DNA of 64,000 nucleotides, taken from the IMG/VR virus record IMGVR_UViG_3300031555_010338. One strand, given 5' to 3'. Positions 29,529 through 39,209 of this stretch are shown one piece after another. This DNA is from a virus. Its lineage: Duplodnaviria > Caudoviricetes. The first letter of the stretch is position 1; each line of letters begins with the position of its first letter. A model generated the notes under the pieces. It made no database searches and was not told where the DNA came from. It worked only from the letters and a program-made list of their open reading frames with translations. The position numbers and the translations under genes were made by a program.

Positions 29529-30066
29529 GACTTTCCTCCATATTCAGAATTTCAATCTGACAAGCCTTCATTGCATTCAGTGCATTGTTATGACTCTCAG
29601 GAGTTACACCAGCGCAGCAGGCCGCATCAACCATCACAGGGGTTTCAGGGCAAAAAGCCTTGATTACCATCGCATTGGAGATCACGCAAATATCCGTACA
29701 GACACCAACCAGCTCTACACTGTCGATAGTACCCTTCATAAACTGCTCCGTCACAAAAAGGCCAAGCTGTACAGAACCAAACGTGTACTTCTCAACGGTA
29801 AAGCATCTGTCTTTGTATGCCTCCAGCTCCGGTACAAGACGATGACCGTCAGTGCCGCGAATGCAATGCTTGACAGGGAGGTTCTTTCCCTCCTGAGTAT
29901 TCAGATAGTCTTCATTGTGAGTGTCGAAGGTAAAGATAACCATTTCGGTATTGGCAACCTTACTCACAATGCCATTTACCACGGAAGCGGCTTCCTTTGA
30001 GCCAAGCACACCATCCACGAAATCTCGCTGCATATCCACAACGACCAAAAGTTTTTTACTATCCAT
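29521..30066 (-). CDS. pncA: Nicotinamidase / isochorismatase family
   Basis: VVDMQRDF, DTH, HCIRGT, GVCTDICV. Confidence 0.85.
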   Translation of the reverse strand: MDSKKLLVVVDMQRDFVDGVLGSKEAASVVNGIVSKVANTEMVIFTFDTHNEDYLNTQEGKNLPVKHCIRGTDGHRLVPELEAYKDRCFTVEKYTFGSVQLGLFVTEQFMKGTIDSVELVGVCTDICVISNAMVIKAFCPETPVMVDAACCAGVTPESHNNALNAMKACQIEILNMEESHD

Positions 30067-30079
30067 GTTCAAATTCCTC

Positions 30080-30673
30080 CTAAACATGAGTCCATATTGT
30101 TCCCTTAATGATTTTCGAGATCAGATTTGCCGAAACGCCGAATTGTTCAGCGAGTTCTTGTCTATTGCACTTCTGCCCCTTCCCTTTCGGGATATAAACG
30201 CTGCGGATATAAAGGACATCCGCCTCGCTTAGCTTTGACATACCATTACAGCTACCAGAGTAAACCCCCATCTGAGAGTAATATCCAAGCTGGTAAGGCA
30301 CATCGTAATCAATCAATTCAAGATCTACGGCGTGAAAGTAGTTCTCTCTTCTCGTACACCACTCCAGATTTGCAACATCGTTATGTTGCTTACATCCGTC
30401 CATATGGTTCACGATCTCATAGTTCGCTACATTCGGAAGATAAGTCTCCGCGACACAACGATGCACATGTACATTGATCCGTTTTCCATTGACAGAGATA
30501 CAGGCTTGCAAATATCCGCCATCTCCATAGCCGAACGAATAGATACGCTTAGTCTTAGCGTTTCGCAGTCTACCCCAGGTAGACACCTCAAATCTCCATG
30601 AATAGTCGATACCTTGATAAACTGCGCCAGTCCATTCTTCTGGAATCTGGTTTCTAATCGTTTCCTCGCTCAC
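30080..30673 (-). CDS. NUMOD4/HNH homing endonuclease
   Basis: EVSTWGR, VHRCVA, VNHMDGCKQHNDVANLEWCT. Confidence 0.85.
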   Translation of the reverse strand: MSEETIRNQIPEEWTGAVYQGIDYSWRFEVSTWGRLRNAKTKRIYSFGYGDGGYLQACISVNGKRINVHVHRCVAETYLPNVANYEIVNHMDGCKQHNDVANLEWCTRRENYFHAVDLELIDYDVPYQLGYYSQMGVYSGSCNGMSKLSEADVLYIRSVYIPKGKGQKCNRQELAEQFGVSANLISKIIKGTIWTHV

Positions 30674-32339
30674 AGAACATTTGATGGAACATCAACCGCC
30701 TTTCTTTTCTCTGCACTTCTTCGTCAGCCGGTATTCTACGGATGCAGTTCTCGCCAGGTTCACATCCACGCATCTTTCCCGTCACCAGAAGATAGTGACA
30801 ACAGAAGCACATACCAGCATCTCTCCAATAGTGACAGCCTTCGCAGGGGTGATTTTCCACTGCTTGAGCTATTTGCAAGTCCATAATGATTACCTCCCGT
30901 AATTGTTTAGCTAATTGCTTATTGCGATAGCCGCGATTTTCTGATAATATTGCTGCCAGATAGCATCCACGATCATCATCCGCCGCTCATCCGTATCGGC
31001 ATTCTTCAGAGCAGTCAGTACAGTTTGGATTGCATCGTTCTTTCGGTCAACAACCTGCATAACCTTCCATACTTCGTTACCAACCGCATCACCGAATTCA
31101 CTCCGTAGCGCTTTCGGCATGATGGCCTCTTGTGTGGCCTGTTTGATATCACCCATGACAAGCACCACCCGAACGACGAGGACACCAACTTGGAATCTCG
31201 CATTCTTTCCTTAGTTGATATGGACGGCAAGCACATGTCACAATTCGCTCGGCATCGCCATGCCGACATAAAACTTTCTCATCATCGTCGCAAAACCAGT
31301 CATGCGGATCAGGATCGGGTAACACAACATGGTCTGGACAATCCATACAATTATCAATCATGATAGCTACTTTGCTCATTTAACTCGCCTCGCTTTCACA
31401 TCGAATTTCCATACCTGGCTGAATAAGTGATACTCCACGCCGGCACTCTGGCGGACATGTACAATCCTTCGCACGAGAGCCAACAATATGCCGATTACAT
31501 TCAGAGAAATCATGCTCTTTGCCGCAAAACAGATCACATTTCAAGCAGTTCGTCTCCACAAGAGCCTTGGTAATTAGCTGATTGTTCGGCGTGTCTACTT
31601 TCAACCCTTTGTATTTGGCGGGGTGTACATATTTCATTACTTCCAAACTCCCCTCTCCAAATACTCACCGACGAACTCTTCTTTCACCTGATACACATCC
31701 ATATGACAGGCATTGCATACACCGAAGATGTCTTTACCATCAAACTCGTAATGGTAACAGTTGGAGCCGCAGCCACACGGATTTCCTTGCTTCGCAACAT
31801 AGTAAGTCCAAATATTCTGTTCGCCGTCCGAATGGCAGAGGATCTTTCTGCGCGGCGGATGCTGATGCACTTCATTGGAAGGAATTCTGGATCGTAACAC
31901 ATCGATTGCGTAGTTTGCAGCTTCTCGAAGAACGCCGCCAAGGTTCGCACTTTCCAGGATATCGATTGCTCTTTGGTCAGTCATCTCCATCCAAACTCAC
32001 CTCCCGCGTTCGGAGTGCATCCATCGCCATCTTGTAAGCTTTCTCAAATCGACTGCCTTCGCCATTCTCTTCAACCCACTTAATTGGCATCAGCGCTCCG
32101 CAGAAAAGAAGGTGGGAAATCAGCTCTCGCTCGGCCTCTTCACTTGTCATACCGTCTACGGTGTACGGCTCAAGTCTCCTACCGCACTCTGGGCAGAACT
32201 TGAACTGCTGCTCTTTGGGAAATCTGGTTGACCCGCCTGCCATTAGCATGTGTGCGCCATATTTGTCGATGTCGCATCGGATCGTCCCAAAGTCAAAATC
32301 CTTACAGAATTTGCACATTTCGGCCTCCTTGAATGTCAT
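30654..32339 (-). CDS. Cluster of ~6 small Cys-rich hypothetical genes
   Basis: Abutting ORFs at 30654, 30911, 31149, 31380, 31637, 31977, several with CxxC motifs. Confidence 0.5.
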
Positions 32340-32360
32340 TTAGTTAATTCCTTAGTATCG

Positions 32361-33569
32361 TTAAAACGATACTTCATCAAGCCACTCGATCAGAAGCGTT
32401 CTCATTCGCTGGCTTGGAATATAGATTTGAATTTCGTGGCCGTCTCTGATGGCCGAACGCCAAATCCACTGGATCATCTCACTCAGCGCATAGCGATCCT
32501 CGTTTACCATACAGCCATGTTCCTCAAAGTACCGTTTCAAAAACGGATTGAAGAAGATATTGACGCAGTACGCCAGGTTCTTTCGGTCACGATATTCGTT
32601 CGTGGCTCTGCAGCTACACGGAATGAAGCATCGGCTGTAATTCGGCGGGGCGATCTTGTCTTTCTGAGCCTTAAAAGAAGTCCACATACTATCTCCGCCC
32701 TTACCACCACAATAATGCCGCAGAGCGTTATAGATGTTATTTCGCATTTTGCTTGCCATCTTTGGGTTGTTGAACTGCCGCTCAGACCAACTGGAAGACA
32801 GCGCGAACTTCTCATCGCCAATACTATTCAGCTTCTTGTTGTCCAGAATGTGAACCCGATCCCGCAGGCCAGCAATTTTCGTAAACTGGTTGCGGGTTTC
32901 AGAAAACACATACTGTCCGTCCGGTGTTACCTCAACGCCGATGTACTTGTAATCGAAGCCGTTAATGTCGAAGTAATACTTCTGGAGCTGCGCATCAAAG
33001 AGATATGTAAGGACGATCACTTCATCGAATGCCTGAAATACCTCAGGTGGAAACATCCAGAATAGGAATGTATCGTTATAGTAGAGAAGTGTGCCAGCCT
33101 TAGCTCGGAGCATCAGATCTTGGAAGGTGGTTCCTACATAGGAGTCGTTCAGCCAACGAACGCGGCACGTTTCCTTATCGACTTCGATATAGCCGCTGTT
33201 CATGAGATCCTGAACGTCTCCCTTAGAGATATTGATTTCCTTCACGATCTCGAATACCTCATCCATAACTAAGGTGTAGTGTCCTTCTCGGATCAACCGT
33301 ACCGTATCTTCATTATAGCTGGCGAAGAGAGCGTGGGTACTGGAGATATTGAACTTCTTATCCAGTAGGAAATGCAGATTGTACAGCTTGCTTCGTGGTT
33401 TGTCCTTAGGAGATTTGAACTCCTTGATTGGGCAGCTATCGATAATGCGATCACACTCATTGAGATATGGTGTAATGAAAATGAAGTTCCCATCTGAGGC
33501 ATTCATGTAGTTAATCGCAGCACTCGTCTTGCCAGCACCCATGATTGCATCGCAGATTTTGATATCCAT
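32361..33569 (-). CDS. SF2 helicase-like P-loop protein
   Basis: DAIMGAGKT, FITPYL, LVMDE, RATNEY, QWIWRSAIR. Confidence 0.7.
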   Translation of the reverse strand: MDIKICDAIMGAGKTSAAINYMNASDGNFIFITPYLNECDRIIDSCPIKEFKSPKDKPRSKLYNLHFLLDKKFNISSTHALFASYNEDTVRLIREGHYTLVMDEVFEIVKEINISKGDVQDLMNSGYIEVDKETCRVRWLNDSYVGTTFQDLMLRAKAGTLLYYNDTFLFWMFPPEVFQAFDEVIVLTYLFDAQLQKYYFDINGFDYKYIGVEVTPDGQYVFSETRNQFTKIAGLRDRVHILDNKKLNSIGDEKFALSSSWSERQFNNPKMASKMRNNIYNALRHYCGGKGGDSMWTSFKAQKDKIAPPNYSRCFIPCSCRATNEYRDRKNLAYCVNIFFNPFLKRYFEEHGCMVNEDRYALSEMIQWIWRSAIRDGHEIQIYIPSQRMRTLLIEWLDEVSF

Positions 33570-33722
33570 ATTTGTCTCTCCTAAAAAAGTTCCTAATTTG
33601 GGTAGGCAAAACGCCTCCGACAAGGGGCAGAAAACACCGTTGAACAAAGGGTTTCGGAAAAGGCTTCCCTTTTAGATGGGTGGGGAAATAATGTATTTAA
33701 TTTCCCATTGTCTTATGGGAAA

Positions 33723-34511
33723 TTACCGCCCGTTTCCAGTTCCCATACAATCATGATTTCCAAAATCCTTGTCTGAAACAACATGAATACACATGTTATG
33801 GTACAAGGCTTTGTCTTCCTCATCGGTGATTCCCAAGTATCTGAGTGTCACTTCCGGAGAACTATGGCCGAAAGCTCTCTGTAGCATGGTGATGTCCATG
33901 TTTGCCTTATCGCTATTGTACTTGTACTGATGCCATCCCCATGTCTTGCGGCAGGTGTGGGTTCCAACATTCTGTTTTACTCCACAAGCCTTAGCCGCTT
34001 CTTTCAGAGCCTTACGAAAAGTCCCGACTTGAATAAAGTCACCTTCTCTGCTGGGGAACAGGTATCCATCACAATGTAAATAAGCCCCCTGCTCTGGAAA
34101 GCACCATTCCAGTACATCCTTACAAGCCTGGTTGAGAAAGACCGCACGATACTTGCCAGTCTTACTTTGCAGGATCTCAATGGCATCTGAGGTATCGTCA
34201 AGATCTTCGATCAACCTTACAGATCCATTGGGTGCAAACACTTGGTTCATCCTTAGCGAAAGGAGTTCGTTGGCTCTCAGGCCAACATTAACACCAAGGG
34301 TAAACGCTAAGACATACTTCTTGCCCTTATGCTCAAGCAGCCAGTTTGCCATAGCAATAATTTCATCATGCTTTTTCAAAGGATAAACTGTCTGGCGCTC
34401 ACCCTCTTTGTAGTTCTTGGGGCGGCTTTTCTGCTTAATGAGCTTTTCCAGATCAGGATGCAGCACCACTTGAGAAATTACAACTTCGGGAGTCTGTTCC
34501 ATTTCGTTCAC
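33723..34511 (-). CDS. Tyrosine recombinase/integrase
   Basis: GLRANE, KTGK, HTCRKT, FGHSS, TLRY catalytic residues. Confidence 0.88.
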   Translation of the reverse strand: MNEMEQTPEVVISQVVLHPDLEKLIKQKSRPKNYKEGERQTVYPLKKHDEIIAMANWLLEHKGKKYVLAFTLGVNVGLRANELLSLRMNQVFAPNGSVRLIEDLDDTSDAIEILQSKTGKYRAVFLNQACKDVLEWCFPEQGAYLHCDGYLFPSREGDFIQVGTFRKALKEAAKACGVKQNVGTHTCRKTWGWHQYKYNSDKANMDITMLQRAFGHSSPEVTLRYLGITDEEDKALYHNMCIHVVSDKDFGNHDCMGTGNGR

Positions 34512-34596
34512 CTCTCAAACTTGTTTAGCTAATTACTTTAGCTTTTGAATAAGCCGTTGATCTTCGGTGAAAATCGTTGGCTTCCTTACATGCTTT

Positions 34597-34625
34597 ATTA
34601 TAGCAGATTGCGGCACTAATGTCAA
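34597..34625 (-). promoter_or_regulatory. sigmaA-type promoter (leftward operon)
   Basis: TTGACA-17bp-TATAAT. Confidence 0.78.
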
Positions 34626-35039
34626 TAGAATTTGTGCGAAAAGTTATATAGTTAGTTCCTTACGGGGTGATGGTTTCGGGGAGATCCCGATGGTCAACGG
34701 TGATTTCTCTTCCAAAATACTAAAGCTAAACATATTTTGTAAGGTCATAAAAAATGAGAAGTCATCGTTGGTGAACGGTGGGTCGTCGAGGCGGTGTCTC
34801 GAAATATTTGAGGCGTGGAGAAGGGGGTACAAGGCGAACATTTTGTGAGCTGAAGGGGCGTGAAAATGTAAACTATCCCCCGTCTTGGAGCTGGCAAAAA
34901 TGCCCGTTATTCAAGGTAGTTCCGCATACTCCACAAAAGCGGAATTGATTCCAGGCATTTGGCGGGGCTTCTCTGCTGTCCAGCTTCTGCCGGTGCTATC
35001 TGCTGGCCTGGGCTGTAGCTTCGGGCAGGGCGGGGAAAA

Positions 35040-35465
35040 TGGCGGCTTTTTCTGTCTTTTTCCTGTCGCTCCCTCTCTTCTCTTCCCTCTCTTCTCTCTT
35101 GTCTCACATGCTCCAGCCGTGTCTCCCTGCTGTCTGTTTCCCTCTCTGCTATGGGCTACAGTGCCGCGCTTGCGGCTGTCTCTCCCTCTGCTGATCTGGG
35201 GCGGCTTCTCTCTGGCTCCTGCTGGCCGTGTCTCCAGTGCCGCGCCTCTGGCGCTGGCGCTCTTCCCTCTGTCCTTGCTTCTCTCCCTCTTCTCTCTGCT
35301 ACGGGTCGTCGCTGCGGGGCGCTGTCTGTCCTTGCCTTGCGTCCGGTGTCTGTCCTCCTGCTGGCCGTGGCCGTCTGTCCGTCTCTCTGGCCGTCATGAT
35401 CTCCACCGCCTGCGCCCTCTGTCCTCTGTCTATCTCTCCGGCTCTGGCGGCTGTCTGGCCGTCTA
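35040..35465. repeat. Pyrimidine-rich low-complexity tract at strand switch
   Basis: CTCT/CTGTC/CTGGCCG degenerate repeats, almost no A on + strand. Confidence 0.6.
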
Positions 35466-35561
35466 TCCAGGCCAATTCTGTATGGTCAAATTGCACAAAA
35501 ACCGCCTTGCGAATTTGGTTATAATTTAAGTGAGAAGCGAGAAAATTTTAGCGGTTTTATA

Positions 35562-35590
35562 TTGACAGCGGGAAAATAGTATGGTACAAT
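35562..35590 (+). promoter_or_regulatory. sigmaA-type promoter (rightward early operon)
   Basis: TTGACA-17bp-TACAAT with overlapping operator-like GCGGGAAAATAGT. Confidence 0.72.
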
Positions 35591-35703
35591 AATACCAGAG
35601 TTAAGGAGATAGCAAAACAACCTTGACGAGATCGCCGCAGCCGTGAGGGTTGCGGATTGGAAGCCCTAAAGGAATTAGCTAAATAATCGGAGGTAATGAG
35701 AAA

Positions 35704-36048
35704 ATGAAGCTTGCAAACATGATTCCCCTGAATAGCAAAATTACCGTGTATGTCCCCGCTACGGTTGACATTAACAAGGAGATCGACAACGGCGCATATG
35801 TTGAGCGCGTGGCGCGTACCCTCTCCAATGCGTTCGGCGGCGCGACTGCTACCCAGGCCGCTGGCTATTGGGTTGCCGCTGATAACTCCCTTGTGGCTGA
35901 GCGTACAACAATGGTTTTCGCGTACTGCTCCACCGCTGACGCTGAAAAGTACATTGATGATATTGTCCGCATGTGCTACGAGCTGAAGCACGAGATGGGA
36001 CAAGAAGCAATCGCCCTTGAATATAACGGCGGTATGTACTTTATCTAA
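35704..36048 (+). CDS. Hypothetical early protein
   Basis: 114 aa, RBS GGAGG. Confidence 0.65.
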   Translation: MKLANMIPLNSKITVYVPATVDINKEIDNGAYVERVARTLSNAFGGATATQAAGYWVAADNSLVAERTTMVFAYCSTADAEKYIDDIVRMCYELKHEMGQEAIALEYNGGMYFI

Positions 36049-36122
36049 GGACTTAACTAAACAAGCGGCAGCGGCGGCGACTTTGCCGCCCTGCCCATAC
36101 AAAAGAAAGCGAGGGCGCAAAC

Positions 36123-36410
36123 ATGAAAGCAACGCGGCAGCAGATAAAGAAAGCGAACGAGATCGCCGCACGGTTTAGCGGATGGCACGAGCCGCACGAG
36201 ATCGCGGCCATGTATGACGAATTGGAAAAGATCGGCGTTACTACCGGTGCAATTACTAACCGCCGCGACTTCCCAAATCTGGGATGCTGGCAAGGCTCTT
36301 GCGAATGGTACATAAACGGCGAAGAGGTCGAAAACAGCCGCTTTATTTATAGCGTGTACGAGGGGAACCCGAACATTACCCGCAACGATTACAACATTTA
36401 TTTTAGCTGA
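36123..36410 (+). CDS. Hypothetical early protein
   Basis: 95 aa. Confidence 0.6.
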   Translation: MKATRQQIKKANEIAARFSGWHEPHEIAAMYDELEKIGVTTGAITNRRDFPNLGCWQGSCEWYINGEEVENSRFIYSVYEGNPNITRNDYNIYFS

Positions 36411-36412
36411 AG

Positions 36413-36471
36413 CCCGCCTGATGATGGTTAGCCGGTCACTAACCGAAACGGCCACAAATGGCCGTCGCGGG
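36413..36471 (+). ncRNA. Hammerhead ribozyme, type I
   Basis: CCCGC-CTGATGA-tGGTTAG..CTAACC-GAAA-CGGCCA..TGGCCG-TC-GCGGG. Confidence 0.88.
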
Positions 36472-36539
36472 AAACCGTAAAACAGAAGTATAAACGGCGC
36501 ACGGTGAAGCGCCTGGACAAATTGAAGGGAGTTTGAACA

Positions 36540-37322
36540 ATGAGCAAGTACAATCTGAAGGCCGTTATGGTCAAGGCGTGGGAGATTTACCACGCAGCCG
36601 ATGAGGGCGACGGCATCCGCCCTATCTTCTCCCTGTGCCTGTCTATGGCGTGGGCGCATGTGAAGAATCAGCCGGCCAACATCATCGAACAGTGGGCGAA
36701 CATGGGCGCAGATCAGCAGTATAACATGCTGAAGGCGAATGTGAAACGCGCCGCAAAGGACGAAATCCGGTACAGCGTCGAAGATCGTTACAACGAGTAT
36801 AACGAGTCTGTCGCCTGGGTTATCAATAGTCACGGCCTGGATGGTTTTGTCAATGATGCTTGGTTGAAGCTGGCCGAAATGCTGGATGCTGACTATCTGG
36901 AACAGCTCAACGAGCGCCGCGCCGCCTCTGGCAAGCTGAATATTTCCCTTGTGTCTCTGGTTTATCGTGCCTGCCTGTATTCCATCAATGCGGTTTATCG
37001 TGCTGAAGTGAAGCATGTCCGCGCCCGTGTCCATACCGTCATCGACAAGAACGGCGACGAGGTGGAGTATATCGACACTATGGCAACGAGCCGCAAGGAC
37101 AACACCGAAGCGGCGGCAATGGCTGAAGTTATGCTGGATGCGTTCATGAACAGCCGCGACGAGATCGACAGAATCATCATCGAGGGCAAGCGTGACGGAT
37201 ACACCAGCAAGGAGATCGCCGCGATGGTTGGTATCTCTGAGCCGGCAATCTGCAAGCGGCTGAAGAAGATCAAGGCCGCAGGCGTGGCCGCTGGACTGAC
37301 AAGCGCCGATGTTGCAGCGTAA
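36540..37322 (+). CDS. Sigma-70-like factor / C-terminal HTH regulator
   Basis: DEIDRIII...GYTSKEIAAMVGISEPAICKRLKKI region-4-like HTH. Confidence 0.6.
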   Translation: MSKYNLKAVMVKAWEIYHAADEGDGIRPIFSLCLSMAWAHVKNQPANIIEQWANMGADQQYNMLKANVKRAAKDEIRYSVEDRYNEYNESVAWVINSHGLDGFVNDAWLKLAEMLDADYLEQLNERRAASGKLNISLVSLVYRACLYSINAVYRAEVKHVRARVHTVIDKNGDEVEYIDTMATSRKDNTEAAAMAEVMLDAFMNSRDEIDRIIIEGKRDGYTSKEIAAMVGISEPAICKRLKKIKAAGVAAGLTSADVAA

Positions 37323-37442
37323 GGAATTAACCAAACAATGCGCCGCCCTGGTTCTGGATGGGCCGGGGCGGCTGAGAAAAAAAGACAAACAGCGGTTAAT
37401 TTCTGGTTGTCTGGATGATGGATTGATAAGGGAGGGTGAAAA

Positions 37443-38572
37443 ATGGAATGGCACGAGATCCCCGAAAAGCTGGAAGCTGGGCGCGTGGTATTCGTTACGG
37501 ATGGAACAGTAACGCGGCGAGTGCTGAAGGCTGAATGGCACGGGCTGGAACTCCAGCTCATGTTGGATAACGGAAAATCTCTCTGGCTATCCGCTGATGA
37601 GTTTGAGAACAGCGGAGATCAGAAGATCGGAATAATGGACAGCACGGACGGCCTTTATATTGCGCCGCTCTGGTGGATTAACTTGGGAGGTAAACAGAAT
37701 GAGTAAACGGATGAGACGGCGCTTGATGCTCAAACAGAAATTGTATGGGCTGCTGATGCTGGCGCTGTGTGGCCTGGTGCTGTGGATGTGTTCCACTGGC
37801 ACGACTCCGGAAGATCAGGATGCAACGGCTGTGCTGCTGATTGCTCCGCTGGGCATTTGGATGATTTTTTCCAGGCATATTTTAATTTATGGTTAAATTT
37901 TCCAATAGGAGGATAAACAATGGAAAGACTTACTAAAATCGAGGTTCAATGGATTGTTGGCGAGCTGGAAAATCTGGCTGCTACATATCGAAATGCTGCG
38001 AAACAGTCAGCGGAAGTTGAAAGCTTTGAAAGAAGTCTATGTAATTTGAAGGCTGAACAGTATGACGCGCTGGCTAAAAAACTTTCTGCGTCTGTTCAGA
38101 ACGGGAACAAGCGCATAGCTATCGACTACTAACAGTGGATAAATAAGGGAGGAAAAATATCATGGCAAGTTGTACCAAAGATCAGGTTATGAAGTGGAAC
38201 GAAAAGCTGCAGAACGGTTTCCGGTTTGATCTGCGTTGCTTCCTAATGCGGAACGACAAAACGGCGGTCAAGGTGCTGGATTTGTCGGATGGCCGTAAAC
38301 TCCAGGCAAAGCTGGAATACCGCGAAGAGCGCGAGAACTGGAAGACGATTGGACAGCAGCCGGTGCTTCACCTCTCCATCTGGGAAGTCTGCGAGAACAG
38401 CGACTTTATGAGATCGAGCGGTATGGGCGTGGATGTCCGGATGGGCGCGATGCAGAGCAAGAAGAATTACAATGTGCTGTGCAATCTGTCTGGAACCGTA
38501 ACGGATGAACAGATTCTGAACCTGGCGAACGAACACATGGGGCGGCTCAATAATCCTTTTATCCTGGGATAA
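37443..38572 (+). CDS. Four small hypothetical genes (one predicted membrane protein)
   Basis: ORFs at 37443, ~37699, 37920, 38162 with RBSs. Confidence 0.55.
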
Positions 38573-38582
38573 ACAGAACAGA

Positions 38583-38614
38583 ACGGCGGGGCTTTTCTCC
38601 CCGCCGTTTTTTTT
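38583..38614 (+). terminator. Rho-independent terminator
   Basis: ACGGCGGGG/CCCCGCCGT hairpin plus U-tract. Confidence 0.75.
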
Positions 38615-38679
38615 GCTTCAGTGGTTAATTTCTGGTTGCCTGAACGATTAGATATAATAGGAAGACTGAATGGCGCTAC

Positions 38680-39054
38680 TCAGCTTATATGGTTGATGTA
38701 GTGAGTTTTGCAGTAATCGCTTTTGGCGTATCTGTATTTTGGAGCATAGCACTCAGGCTCAATACAAGTCAATTCGTCCTCATGTTTATCGCAATATTCA
38801 AACATCGTGTTAGCGTTGGATTGGCTATAACAGCCGTCTTCCGAGCATGTATGACGGATACAGTATCTGCTTCCGCTTGCTTTCGTTCCATTGCATGAAC
38901 CATATGTACATTCATTTTCGATATGCGTATATCGAATTGTATCGTCATCAGTTTTGAATACATAATTCAATGTGCCACGCAAACAGGCTGATAATCCAAT
39001 CAAAAAGAAAACGAGTACAATAGCGGATAGGATGATGTGATATTTATTTTTCAT
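38680..39054 (-). CDS. Cys-rich putative lipoprotein (moron-like)
   Basis: Signal peptide with LSAC lipobox; repeated C-x4-C...YC..H; own promoter TTGACA-17-TATAAT at 39091-39119. Confidence 0.6.
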   Translation of the reverse strand: MKNKYHIILSAIVLVFFLIGLSACLRGTLNYVFKTDDDTIRYTHIENECTYGSCNGTKASGSRYCIRHTCSEDGCYSQSNANTMFEYCDKHEDELTCIEPECYAPKYRYAKSDYCKTHYINHIS

Positions 39055-39209
39055 CTTGCTGTAAACCTTTACAAGTAAATATTACCTCTTATTATATAAG
39101 GCCGTAATTCTGCTGTCAAACGGCAGTGGATTTTTTGTTTTCCGGTTAATTTTTGCTGTCCAGGATGATTAGTTATAATAGGAAATTCAATATACGGAGG
39201 TTTTTCAAA

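Noticed and set aside
34885-35529. 214-aa Leu/Ser-rich ORF
   Set aside because: Artefact of an A-poor low-complexity tract that lacks stop codons.
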